Shown here piece after piece: positions 1-8,130 of a stretch of 60,885 nt of DNA. The DNA comes from Acidimicrobiales bacterium. Lineage in GTDB: Bacteria > Actinomycetota > Acidimicrobiia > Acidimicrobiales > Palsa-688. The position numbers and the translations under genes were made by a program. The stretch covers positions 1 to 60,885 of the forward strand of contig JAFAWZ010000273.1 of assembly GCA_019241495.1 (NCBI GenBank), given 5' to 3'. Positions within the stretch are counted from its first letter, which is position 1; each line of letters begins with the position of its first letter. The notes below the pieces were generated by a model. That model searched no databases. It had not been told where the DNA came from and saw only the letters and a program-made list of their open reading frames with translations.

Positions 1-1
1 C

Positions 2-307
2 GAGCTGGGCATCGGCGACTCGATCATCATGCTGGCCGACGAGTTCCCGGACATGGGCGTCCGTGGACCGAAGTCGGTCGGTGGCTCGCCCGTGACGATT
101 CACGTGTATGTGGAAGACGTCGACACCACGTTCGAGCGCGCCCTCAAAGCTGGTGCGACCAGCCTGCGCCCAGTGGAGGACAAGTTCTACGGTGACAGAG
201 GCGGTGAGTTCGAGGATCCCTTCGGGCACCGTTGGAGCATCGCCAGCCACGTCGAGGACGTCTCTCCGGCTGAGATGGAACGGCGCATGGGTCAGATGCC
301 CGGTTAG
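2..307 (+). CDS. VOC/glyoxalase (PhnB-like) family protein, C-terminal part; 5' end lies outside the window
   Basis: The frame is open from the window edge (ELGIGDSIIMLADEF...). FYGDRGGEFEDPFGHRWSI is typical of PhnB-like VOC proteins. TAG stop at 305-307. Confidence 0.7.
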   Translation, partial: ELGIGDSIIMLADEFPDMGVRGPKSVGGSPVTIHVYVEDVDTTFERALKAGATSLRPVEDKFYGDRGGEFEDPFGHRWSIASHVEDVSPAEMERRMGQMPG

Positions 308-331
308 GACCGTCGCGTAGTAGTGATCTTT

Positions 332-353
332 CCCGCCACGGTTCGTAGGCGGG
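332..353. terminator. GC hairpin between convergent genes (cccgcc-N10-ggcggg)
   Basis: 6-bp perfect stem read directly from the sequence. It sits between the VOC stop (307) and the peptidase stop (395). No clear U-tract. Confidence 0.3.
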
Positions 354-394
354 CTCTTGGCGTCGGCCTAATACGCGACGTCAAGCAAGGTCGG

Positions 395-1195
395 TCAGGC
401 GTGGTACCAGGTATCCCGGAACGTCGACCCGGTCCCATCTAGACCAGACGGCTGGGCCTTGACCGCTCCTGTGCTGGTTACCATCGTGATGTCGTGGAGA
501 TCTCCGTCGGCGGCGAACGACGAGATGGAGCCGGTGCCGGTGGCGTCAGAGGCCTTCGCCCCAGAGAAGGTGACAGTCCCGAAATTCGTGAGGTTGGCCA
601 GGCTGCAGTAAAAAGCGTTGCAGAGCTCGGGCGCCTCGGCCACCCATTCTGCCGACGCGTCGGCGTCGGATCCGGTCTCGGCTTGGGAGAACTGCCACCC
701 CTCCGCGGGATCAGTCAACGACAGCGTGTAGGAGGTCCCCGAACGGGTCACAGCCGCGGTCAACGTGTCGCCCGCCCTCACCGGATAGGTATACCTGGAC
801 AGGCTCACTGAGGGTGCGGGGTACATCTCGAACCAGGCGTAGTAAGTGGGCGCACCTCGCGAGCAGTCCGAGTCGGTCCCGAGCTGCTCGACCGAGTTGG
901 ACGAGTAGCCGTCCAGGCCGACCCAGAACGAGGCGTAGGTCGAGCTTCTCCTGGAACAGCTGGCGGTCGGCACGGTCCAGCTACCCACCACCTTGGTGGC
1001 GTTCGTCGTGGAGACTGCGTAACCCGACCAGTTGGACGACTGCACGTTGTCGTCGAACACGCTCCTCGCGAGCATCGGGCGGTGGACGATCGACACGGTC
1101 GTGGCGGCCGCCCCTCCTGCCGCAGCTATGGCCTGGCCGCTGGGAATCAGAACCGTCAGTGCGCCGAGCAGAGCCGGCAAGGACCGTCGCTTCAT
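395..1195 (-). CDS. Secreted peptidase G1 (eqolisin / glutamic peptidase) family protein
   Basis: Signal peptide MKRRSLPALLGALTVLIPSGQAIAAAG. Family-like motifs SNWSGYAV, FWVGLDGY, VEQLGTD (candidate catalytic Gln) and AEWVAEAP (candidate catalytic Glu). I chose the ATG at 1195 over the longer ORF-track start at 1273. Confidence 0.7.
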   Translation of the reverse strand: MKRRSLPALLGALTVLIPSGQAIAAAGGAAATTVSIVHRPMLARSVFDDNVQSSNWSGYAVSTTNATKVVGSWTVPTASCSRRSSTYASFWVGLDGYSSNSVEQLGTDSDCSRGAPTYYAWFEMYPAPSVSLSRYTYPVRAGDTLTAAVTRSGTSYTLSLTDPAEGWQFSQAETGSDADASAEWVAEAPELCNAFYCSLANLTNFGTVTFSGAKASDATGTGSISSFAADGDLHDITMVTSTGAVKAQPSGLDGTGSTFRDTWYHA

Positions 1196-1598
1196 TTCTA
1201 AATAACCCCTTCCGACATAGCCCATGCGCGGCCGCCACCAGCACCGCTCGAGGAACGATATCTCACCCCCCAAGCGCGCTTCTAGAACTGCCCCGCCAGA
1301 AAGGTAGGGGCGGAGAAATCCACGAACAGCGTCTGGAACTACACGGATGCACTTACAAGGGCAGCAGTTCCCGCGCCCGGGCGGCCTGGCCAGTGACGTG
1401 GTCCTCCGGCGACCTCACCCGGCTCGAGAAACACGACGGCGAGCAGCATGACCCCGATCGCTCACTGTCGTCGCTGAAAGCCCACACGGACACGACGCTA
1501 GAGGCAACGTCCGACCGCTACTCGATGAATCCCCTTCGCGCATGAATCGCGCACGCCCCCCGGCACGCCACTTATCCACAGCCCCAGGAATGACAACA

Positions 1599-1620
1599 CC
1601 CAGGCCACACCTGGGTTTTT
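1599..1620. terminator. Hairpin cccagg-ccaca-cctggg followed by TTTTT; possibly bidirectional and abuts the tRNA 3' end
   Basis: Perfect 6-bp stem with a T5 tract on the plus strand. On the minus strand the same hairpin lies just downstream of tRNA-Ala. Confidence 0.45.
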
Positions 1621-1625
1621 CGGAG

Positions 1626-1698
1626 TGGAGACGATGGGACTCGAACCCACGACCCCCTGCTTGCAAAGCAGGTGCTCTGCCAACTGAGCTACGTCCCC
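1626..1698 (-). tRNA. tRNA-Ala (anticodon TGC)
   Basis: The reverse complement reads GGGGACGTAGCTCAGTTGGCAGAGCACCTGCTTTGCAAGCAGGGGGTCGTGGGTTCGAGTCCCATCGTCTCCA. It has the G3:U70 alanine identity pair, anticodon loop TT-TGC-AA, a GGTTCGAGTCC T-arm and discriminator A. CCA is not encoded. Confidence 0.93.
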
Positions 1699-1799
1699 GT
1701 GGTCTCGGAAACCCGGGATCCGGTCCATCCACGTTACCGAAGCTGCGGTGAACGCTACCCCCCGCTTGCCGGCTCCTCGCGACGTGAGAGCATGCCCTC

Positions 1800-2636
1800 A
1801 TGAGCACGACGTGGGATCCCGACCAGTACCTGCGCTTCGGCGACGAGCGGAGCCGACCCTTCTGGGACCTGGTCCAACGGGTGCCGGTCAGCTCCCCCGG
1901 GCTCGTGGTCGATCTCGGCTGCGGCCCGGGAAACCTCACCGCTCAGCTGTCCGACCTGTGGCCGGGCGCTCGGGTCATCGGCGTCGACAGCTCGGAGGAG
2001 ATGATCTCGCGAGCCGAGGCGCTAGCGTCTGACTCCCTGTCGTTCGCGCTCGGGGACCTGCGTACCTGGAGTCCACCGCAACCCGTGGATGTGTTGGTGT
2101 CGAACGCCGCCTTGCAGTGGGTTGCGGACCACGCCGGCTTGTTCGAGCGTCTCCTGGGCTTCCTGGCTCCAGGTGGGGCCTTCGCCTTTCAGGTCCCCGG
2201 GAACTTCGGCTGCCCCAGCCATGTGCTCCTCCGCGAACTGGCCACCTCGGATCGCTGGGCGGAGCTCATGGCCCCAGCGGTGGCCTCCTCCCCGAGCTCG
2301 TCGGAGCCGGCCGAGTACCTGCACGCCCTCTTCGAGGCCGGGGCAGCGAGCGTGGACGCATGGGAGACCACCTATCTGCACGTGCTGGAGGGCCCCGATG
2401 CGGTACTCGAATGGATCACGGGCACTGGTCTCCGACCCTTCCTTCGGGCCCTGGAGACCTCAGAGAAGCCATCGGACCGGGAGGACTTCCTCACGGCATA
2501 CGGTGCGGCCCTTCGCGCTGCCTACCCGATGGACCCGACCGGTCGGACGGTGTTCCCATTTCGTCGCATCTTCTCGATTTCGATGGCAGTCCAAGGACCG
2601 GCCGGTGTGGTCGGCGGTGTCGCCGGGAATCGCTAG
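1800..2636 (+). CDS. tam: trans-aconitate 2-methyltransferase (class I SAM-dependent methyltransferase)
   Basis: N-terminus WDPDQYLRFGDERSRPFWDL and SAM motif VVDLGCGPGNLT are typical of Tam. Confidence 0.85.
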   Translation: MSTTWDPDQYLRFGDERSRPFWDLVQRVPVSSPGLVVDLGCGPGNLTAQLSDLWPGARVIGVDSSEEMISRAEALASDSLSFALGDLRTWSPPQPVDVLVSNAALQWVADHAGLFERLLGFLAPGGAFAFQVPGNFGCPSHVLLRELATSDRWAELMAPAVASSPSSSEPAEYLHALFEAGAASVDAWETTYLHVLEGPDAVLEWITGTGLRPFLRALETSEKPSDREDFLTAYGAALRAAYPMDPTGRTVFPFRRIFSISMAVQGPAGVVGGVAGNR

Positions 2637-2682
2637 AGTTTTGATCGAAGGGAGCAACCGAGCAGACGGGAGAAGTGGGCCG

Positions 2683-2976
2683 GTGCCGGAAGAAGAAGAA
2701 CTCGTCGCGGAGCAGGTCGTAGCTATCGCTCAATCGCACACTCTGACGGTGCGGATCTCACAGCACGCGGCCGAGGAGTTCTGGCGGGTAGATGTCAGCA
2801 ACCCATCCATCCCATCCCGGTCCATGACCACGACCGTCGCCCCGGGCGACAGTTTCATGATGAACCTGATCAACGGGGCGGTCAGCGGCGAGCAGCTCGC
2901 CTGGCGTCACCTTGCTCACTGGGGCCGCGACGCCTTGTCCCGACCCGCCCAGGCGCCCAGGCGGCGCTTCGCCTGA
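2683..2976 (+). CDS. hypothetical protein
   Basis: Tail of ORF 2089..2976 lying downstream of the tam stop. GTG at 2683 is preceded by GGGAGAAG. No recognisable family. Confidence 0.3.
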   Translation: MPEEEELVAEQVVAIAQSHTLTVRISQHAAEEFWRVDVSNPSIPSRSMTTTVAPGDSFMMNLINGAVSGEQLAWRHLAHWGRDALSRPAQAPRRRFA

Positions 2977-3034
2977 GAAAACGATCAAGGTCGTTTCGAC
3001 CTGCCGCCATCCGTCTGGCTAGCCTGCCGGCGAC

Positions 3035-3334
3035 ATGCAGACTGGGACTCAAGGGCAAGCTGTGACCGCGGGAGGCCTGATCACCCGAGCTCGCCAGCTG
3101 GGACTGCCCGGATCGTCGCCCGATGCATTGGCCCACCTCGTCGCCGACGCGCGAGGCGACCGGGAGCTCCTGGAGGCGGCGAGGGACGAACTGGCCAGGC
3201 ATTTGCACACCCACGGGGATGACTTCGAGGGTACGGCCGCCCTTCAGCTGCTGAACCGGGCGCTGGCCGCCCTACCCCGCCATGACCCTATGGACTGGCG
3301 GGTGCGCTGGGACCAGCGGTTCCGCCGGCCGTAG
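3035..3334 (+). CDS. hypothetical helical protein
   Basis: 99-aa ORF with a plausible composition. Its 3' end overlaps the convergent gene by 47 nt, which lowers confidence. Confidence 0.35.
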   Translation: MQTGTQGQAVTAGGLITRARQLGLPGSSPDALAHLVADARGDRELLEAARDELARHLHTHGDDFEGTAALQLLNRALAALPRHDPMDWRVRWDQRFRRP

Positions 3335-4331
3335 GCGCCCGGTCGTAGTCAGCGCCCTGAAACGCCGAGAGGGTCACTCCGGCGTCGGCCAACTCGTGCA
3401 GGAACGCCCCAGGCTCGCTGACTAGCTCGGCCAGGCCGGAGGCACCGGGTTGGCCGATGCGGCCCGTGGCGATCCAGCGCGCCGTCGTCGCGCTCACCGT
3501 CGCGGCCACCACGGCGGGCGCAGTCGCGGCGCCGAGGATCCGGGTGTCGGTCCGGGCCCCGATCCAGCCCCGCATCTCCACCCGTAACGCTCCGACCAGA
3601 CCCTCTGGGTGGGGCGACCGCAACATGGGCAACCAGGCGGTCACCCGGTCCCGGCGCGTGGCTTCGAGGCGGGAGGTGATCCGGCGGCATCCTGGGAAAG
3701 CGGGCACCAAGAGCAAGGGATCAGAGAGGGAGGCCCGGTAGCAATCGGCCCCGCCCACCGGCTCCGGGAACCACACCAGCTCCCGCCCCGAACCACCGGG
3801 CCGGCGGTGCCACTCCCCCTCGAGCCAGTCCAGGGCGACCCCGGTGAGAGCGCTGTGGTGGCGCCGGGCACAGGCCGGTCCCCCGGTGCCAAGGCTGGCA
3901 ACGTGGATCTCCTCCACCCGGTCGAACTCCGACCGAAGCCGGGCCGCCAGCACGCACGACAAACCCGGGGCCATGGTCGTGCCGACCGCCACGGTGAGCC
4001 CTCGGCTGCGGGCTCTGGCGTCGAGGCCGAGAAGAGCCCTCACTTCAGCCGGATCATCCACCGCGCACACCGCGTGGCTGCCCCGTTCCAAGGCCGCCCT
4101 GACTGCTCGTCGAGCACCGGAAGGGACGGCCGTGATCGTGACATCCGCGTCAACCGGGTCACCCGGCCCGCCCTGGCGCAGCTCGAACGGCCCACTCCAG
4201 GCCGCGATCTGATCGGCCACCCGTTTCGGGTCCCGGTGGACAACGGTGACCGACGTGAACACCGGGTCCGCAGCCAGGATGTGGGCGATCCGGCCGCCGA
4301 CAGCACCCATGCCGATGAGAGCAGCGCGCAC
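3288..4331 (-). CDS. saccharopine dehydrogenase-like NAD(P)-binding protein
   Basis: Rossmann N-terminus RAALIGMGAVGGRIAHIL. The overall layout resembles Sacchrp_dh_NADP proteins. GTG start. Confidence 0.7.
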   Translation of the reverse strand: MRAALIGMGAVGGRIAHILAADPVFTSVTVVHRDPKRVADQIAAWSGPFELRQGGPGDPVDADVTITAVPSGARRAVRAALERGSHAVCAVDDPAEVRALLGLDARARSRGLTVAVGTTMAPGLSCVLAARLRSEFDRVEEIHVASLGTGGPACARRHHSALTGVALDWLEGEWHRRPGGSGRELVWFPEPVGGADCYRASLSDPLLLVPAFPGCRRITSRLEATRRDRVTAWLPMLRSPHPEGLVGALRVEMRGWIGARTDTRILGAATAPAVVAATVSATTARWIATGRIGQPGASGLAELVSEPGAFLHELADAGVTLSAFQGADYDRAPTAGGTAGPSAPASP

Positions 4332-4337
4332 GGGCGG

Positions 4338-4475
4338 CTAGTGGAGCTCGTCGGGAGGTATCTCCCGCCAACCACCTCGTTGTGGAGGGGTGCCGCCCGA
4401 GCCGCGGAGGCGCACGATCCCGGCGATGATGGCGGTGGCTCCGAGGGCGACTAGGGCCCGGCGCAATGCTTTCAC
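4338..4475 (-). CDS. possible 45-aa membrane protein (VKALRRALVALGATAIIAGIVRL...)
   Basis: Hand-translated and below the ORF-track cutoff. One predicted TM helix. The stop lies 7 nt upstream of the next gene's start. Confidence 0.25.
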   Translation of the reverse strand: MKALRRALVALGATAIIAGIVRLRGSGGTPPQRGGWREIPPDELH

Positions 4476-4527
4476 AGCTGAACGATCCTAAGCGCCCGAG
4501 CCGAAACCTGATCGCCCGGGAGCCGGG

Positions 4528-5028
4528 CTACTTGCTGTCGGCCACGGCGAGACGGAACGCGTCGCTCGGCTGGCCATCGGGCGATGCTCCGGTCCACGTG
4601 ACCGTAAGCGAGGAGAACTGCGGGCCACCCGGGGTGCGCACCACTGTCGACAGGGCCAGGCCGGCGGGGGCCGCCGTGTCGTGCCCGGACACCTTGAGAT
4701 GGACCAGGCCCGTGCCCACCGCCCCGGTCGCAGTCCAGGAGGTCCATTTCGAACCGGTCACGACGGTGGTACCGACCCCGCATACCACGATGAGGGTGGA
4801 GGGCTCGTAGGCCCCGCCGCCGCAGTTGAACACGGTCGGGACCTGCCCGGCCACCGTGGTCGATGAAGCATTGGAGGAGCTCCCGGGAACCGGACCCGCC
4901 GCGGGCCGCGACGGCGGGCTCGTCACATGAGAACGGGTAGAGGTCGAACAGGCGCCCACCAGAACCGAGCCAGCCAGCACCGAGCCCATCAGCGCCAGGG
5001 GGGCCGCCCGCCTCGGCCAGCCGGTCAC
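4528..5028 (-). CDS. lipoprotein, last gene of the MauE-like operon
   Basis: Lipobox LVGAC after a hydrophobic signal sequence. The GTG at 5028 overlaps the upstream TGA (GTGA). The longer 322-aa ORF-track version overlaps the upstream gene and is Arg-rich. Confidence 0.6.
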   Translation of the reverse strand: MTGWPRRAAPLALMGSVLAGSVLVGACSTSTRSHVTSPPSRPAAGPVPGSSSNASSTTVAGQVPTVFNCGGGAYEPSTLIVVCGVGTTVVTGSKWTSWTATGAVGTGLVHLKVSGHDTAAPAGLALSTVVRTPGGPQFSSLTVTWTGASPDGQPSDAFRLAVADSK

Positions 5029-5798
5029 GCGTGCACCGCCACCCGGCGCCGGGCGGTCAGCGCACCGAGGGCGCCGGCCGCCCCGACCATGAGCCCGCCC
5101 AGCCACAGCGGAGGAACCGCCCCGGTCGCGGCCACCAGGAGCACGACGACCACGCCGGACTCTACACCGACTACTCCCCACCGCACGGCCGGCCCGAACG
5201 AGTCCAGGCGGGCGTGCAGCACCCGCAGCCCGGCCGGCGAGTCGGACCGGGCGGTCAGGAACACGGTCAGCCCCCGTGCCAGACCGAAGGAGATCCCGAC
5301 GACCAGGGCGCCGATCGGCGAAGTACTTAAGGCGGCCAGCACTAGGATCAGGGCGACGGACGCGGTCATCACGTAGGTGGCGAAGCCCACCCCGATCTGC
5401 CACCCGAACCCGGCCCCGTAGAGCCACGGTCGGTACTTCGCCAGCCAGCTGTCGTCCACCTGGCGGCGCACCACCGGTAGGGCCTCGCCGAAGCAACCCC
5501 CGTCGATGGCGACCGTCAATAGGGCCAGGCCGGCCCCGGCCGCCGCGATCACGTCACGAGGCGGTGCGATCACCGCCGCCACGGCGGCCAACCCGGAGGC
5601 CACGGCGCCCAACGTGATCCCGCCCGCCACGGCGCCGGCCACGAACCACGACGCGGTGGCGCAGTAGCGGTGGCGCCGGCTCCGCTCCCCGAACGGGGTG
5701 ATGCTCGACAACATCGACAGCCCGCACGGCGAGTACGTCGAGCGCGCCGCTCCGGCCGTCGCCGTGAGAACGCCGAGGAGCACCAGGAGGCCGGTCAC
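5025..5798 (-). CDS. polytopic membrane protein, CcdA/DsbD-like (putative transmembrane thiol-disulfide electron transfer)
   Basis: Multiple hydrophobic helices. Membrane-embedded Cys motifs YSPCGLSML and IDGGCFGE. GTGA overlap with the upstream gene. Confidence 0.55.
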   Translation of the reverse strand: MTGLLVLLGVLTATAGAARSTYSPCGLSMLSSITPFGERSRRHRYCATASWFVAGAVAGGITLGAVASGLAAVAAVIAPPRDVIAAAGAGLALLTVAIDGGCFGEALPVVRRQVDDSWLAKYRPWLYGAGFGWQIGVGFATYVMTASVALILVLAALSTSPIGALVVGISFGLARGLTVFLTARSDSPAGLRVLHARLDSFGPAVRWGVVGVESGVVVVLLVAATGAVPPLWLGGLMVGAAGALGALTARRRVAVHA

Positions 5799-7150
5799 GC
5801 CCCGGACCCGAGGAACACCGCGTCACCAAAGGTGAAGATCCCGCCGTCGGACGCCACCAACCAGTAGCCCTGCCCCGACGGCGTGGCCGCCATCCCCACG
5901 ATCGGCCGGGCCAGGCGGATCGCACCCAGGGAGCCGTGGAAGACGGCGTCGCCGAACGTGAAGATCCCGCCGTCGGACGCCACCAACCAGTAGCCCTGCC
6001 CCGACGGCGTGGCCGCCATCCCCACGATGGGTTGGGCGAGCGGCGACCCGCCCATCGAACCATGGAAGCCGGCGTCGCCGAAGGCGAATATCCCGCCGTC
6101 GGACGCCACCAGCCAGTAACCCGCCCCGCTCTTCGTGGCCGCCATCCCCACGACAGGCCGGGTCAGGCGGATGTTCCCCAGCGATCCCTCGAACGGAGCG
6201 TTGAAGTCGAACACCCCGCCGTCGGCGGCTACGAACCGGTAGCCGTCTGATTGGTCGTCGACGGACATGCCGACGATGGGCCGGTTGAGCCGGATGCTCC
6301 CGGTGGATCCCTCGAACGGGGCATCACCGAAGGCGAAGATGCCACCGTCGGCGGCTACGAGCCAGTAGCCCTTACCGTCGGGGGTCGATTCCATACCCAC
6401 AACCGGCTGGGCCAGAGCCACGCCGGCCAGGGAGCCGTACGTCACGGCGTCGCCAAAGATCTTGATCCCGCCGGCCTGGTCGACCAACCAGTAACCCTTA
6501 CCAGTGGCGGTGACCGCCATCCCGGCCACGTTGGAGCTGTAGGTCGTCGGACCGTCCTGGCAGGGGGCGAAGTGATTGGCGGTGGCGTCGTCGGTCTGGG
6601 CGACTGTGGAACAGGTGGCGTCGAGCAGCCAGGGGGCGGTGCAGGAGACCACCCGGCACGAGATCCGCCCGCTGCAGCCGATCTCCTGGTGACATTGCCC
6701 GTAGCGGAACTCGGTGCAACCCACGTGGCGGTTGCCGCATGCACCCAGGGCGCACTCGCAGCTGAGGTTGTCACAGCCGGGGCAGAAGTTGCCACCACCG
6801 CACCCGCAGCCCTGGCACTCGCCCATGCAGTCGATGTAGTACCGGGGGCCGGCGCAGTACTGGGAACCGTCGGCTTTCCACCAGCCGCCGGCGAAGGTAC
6901 CAGGCGGGCAGGCGTTGACCCCGTTGTTGATCGTGCAGCAGAACTGGGTGTAGCCGTCGCAGCACAGGTCCGTGCAGTTGCAGTTGTTACCTGCACATGA
7001 GCAGATGGCGCCGTACGCGGTGCCCGGGCGGGTGAGCAGCTCGACTGGAGCCACCGACAGGGCGGTCGCGGTCACGGTGGCCTTGGCGAGAAAACCCCGG
7101 CGCGATGTGCGGGACAGGAGAAAGCCTCCGATCTCTCCGGCGAGACTCAT
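5795..7150 (-). CDS. Tat-exported Cys-rich protein: MauA (methylamine dehydrogenase light chain)-like domain fused to six ~42-aa beta-propeller-type repeats
   Basis: Twin-arginine motif SRRGFLAKA. 26 Cys within about 165 aa, with NACPPGTFAGGWW...YYIDC resembling MauA NCPPGT..ASW..YRDCC. Six repeats of GYWLVASDGGIF.FGDA.F.GS.G...L..PIVGMA. The ATG at 7150 overlaps the MauE-like stop (ATGA). Confidence 0.8.
   Translation of the reverse strand: MSLAGEIGGFLLSRTSRRGFLAKATVTATALSVAPVELLTRPGTAYGAICSCAGNNCNCTDLCCDGYTQFCCTINNGVNACPPGTFAGGWWKADGSQYCAGPRYYIDCMGECQGCGCGGGNFCPGCDNLSCECALGACGNRHVGCTEFRYGQCHQEIGCSGRISCRVVSCTAPWLLDATCSTVAQTDDATANHFAPCQDGPTTYSSNVAGMAVTATGKGYWLVDQAGGIKIFGDAVTYGSLAGVALAQPVVGMESTPDGKGYWLVAADGGIFAFGDAPFEGSTGSIRLNRPIVGMSVDDQSDGYRFVAADGGVFDFNAPFEGSLGNIRLTRPVVGMAATKSGAGYWLVASDGGIFAFGDAGFHGSMGGSPLAQPIVGMAATPSGQGYWLVASDGGIFTFGDAVFHGSLGAIRLARPIVGMAATPSGQGYWLVASDGGIFTFGDAVFLGSGA
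5831..6027. repeat. Two perfect 71-nt direct repeats (5831-5901 and 5957-6027), 126-bp period, inside the propeller-repeat coding region
   Basis: Read directly: gtgaagatcccgccgtcggacgccaccaaccagtagccctgccccgacggcgtggccgccatccccacgat occurs twice. The period equals 42 codons, which is one blade. Confidence 0.9.
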
Positions 7151-7662
7151 GCGACCTCCCGGGCCAAGGGGTTGGTCCAGACCAGACAGGCCAACCCGGC
7201 AATGACCAAACTCATCAGGGCAAGCGGCAGCCCGTGCCAGGGTTGATGGACAAATAGAGAGCCCAGGTCGCGAGGCGCGCTCGCCGCCCACCACCCCGCC
7301 GCCGCGCACGCCCCGAGGTCGAGCGCAGCATGGTGGTGACCGGGCTCGGAGTCAGGACGGCCGAAGCAGCCGCACGACGACAACGGCCAGCCCCGCCATA
7401 CGGCCGTGATCACGAACATGGCAAACCCCGCGTACGAGACGCTCACCAGCGCTCCGGTCACGGCTCCAGGTGCAGTCAAGGCGGCTGCGCACACCACCAC
7501 CTCGGCCAGCGCGCCGAGGCGGACCGTGCCCCACCCGATCCGCCAACCCGCGGCGTGCAGGGCCCGGGCGGTGTCCGCGGGGCGCCACAGCTTGGCCAGT
7601 CCCGCCGCGCCCAGCACGACTGTGGCGGCGAGAAACGGGGCGGCAACGGGGGGAGCGGTCAC
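7147..7662 (-). CDS. MauE/DoxX-family redox-associated membrane protein
   Basis: Four hydrophobic helices and the family-typical SSCGCFG motif after the third helix. Confidence 0.75.
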   Translation of the reverse strand: MTAPPVAAPFLAATVVLGAAGLAKLWRPADTARALHAAGWRIGWGTVRLGALAEVVVCAAALTAPGAVTGALVSVSYAGFAMFVITAVWRGWPLSSCGCFGRPDSEPGHHHAALDLGACAAAGWWAASAPRDLGSLFVHQPWHGLPLALMSLVIAGLACLVWTNPLAREVA

Positions 7663-7669
7663 AGTCGGA

Positions 7670-8122
7670 TCACGGCATGGCGTCCACGTGGAAGGTGCCT
7701 ATGAGCTCGTTGGCCCGGGCGCTCGACACGACCCGGTTCGTCATCGATCCGATGACCGAGTACATGCAGAACGCCCTCCCTGCAACGGTGAAGAACCGCT
7801 GCACGCCGGCCTGGCCCCGTATGGTGCGTTGCAGCTGCCGGGGTCGGTACGAGTCCGGCGTCACTCCCGGTACCGCGGTGAGCGTCGTGAACAGCGGAGT
7901 GCCGGCCGCCTCGGGCCCGAACTCCAAGAAGCTGACGAAGACGTCGTCCGGTCCGAGCGCTTCGACCAACCCACTCCCGTAGTCGCCCCGTTGCGACGGT
8001 AGCGGGACGGTGGCCGCGTGCATGATGGGGTAGGTGCGCTCGCCCGCTGCAGCCTCCCGGCGGTAGATGGTCGCCTCCCAGCCAGGCGGAGGGGTGACGG
8101 CCAGCCCGGCGGCATTGATCAA
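7670..8122 (-). CDS. hypothetical protein (150 aa) inside the MauE-like operon
   Basis: Gaps of 7-8 nt to both neighbours. No recognisable motif. Confidence 0.55.
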   Translation of the reverse strand: MINAAGLAVTPPPGWEATIYRREAAAGERTYPIMHAATVPLPSQRGDYGSGLVEALGPDDVFVSFLEFGPEAAGTPLFTTLTAVPGVTPDSYRPRQLQRTIRGQAGVQRFFTVAGRAFCMYSVIGSMTNRVVSSARANELIGTFHVDAMP

Positions 8123-8130
8123 CCGGGAGG

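Noticed and set aside
1626-1698. tRNA-Ala as an integration site for a genomic island
   Set aside because: I found no integrase, no direct repeat of the tRNA 3' end, and no compositional break in the flanking kilobases.
2089-2976. 295-aa ORF overlapping tam
   Set aside because: Its first ~180 codons are an alternative frame of tam with Arg/Pro/Ser-rich content. Only the tail downstream of the tam stop (2683-2976) is kept, as a low-confidence hypothetical gene.
4528-5496. 322-aa version of the lipoprotein ORF
   Set aside because: The N-terminal 156 codons overlap the CcdA-like gene in another frame and are Arg/Gly-rich. A GTG at 5028 with a GTGA overlap followed by a lipobox gives a sensible 166-aa lipoprotein.
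5554-6250. Repetitive Arg/Trp-rich ORFs (5554-6063 minus, 5936-6250 plus) that look like novel repeat proteins
   Set aside because: These are alternative-frame or antisense readings of the propeller blade repeats in gene 5795-7150. Their periodicity simply mirrors the 126-bp blade period.
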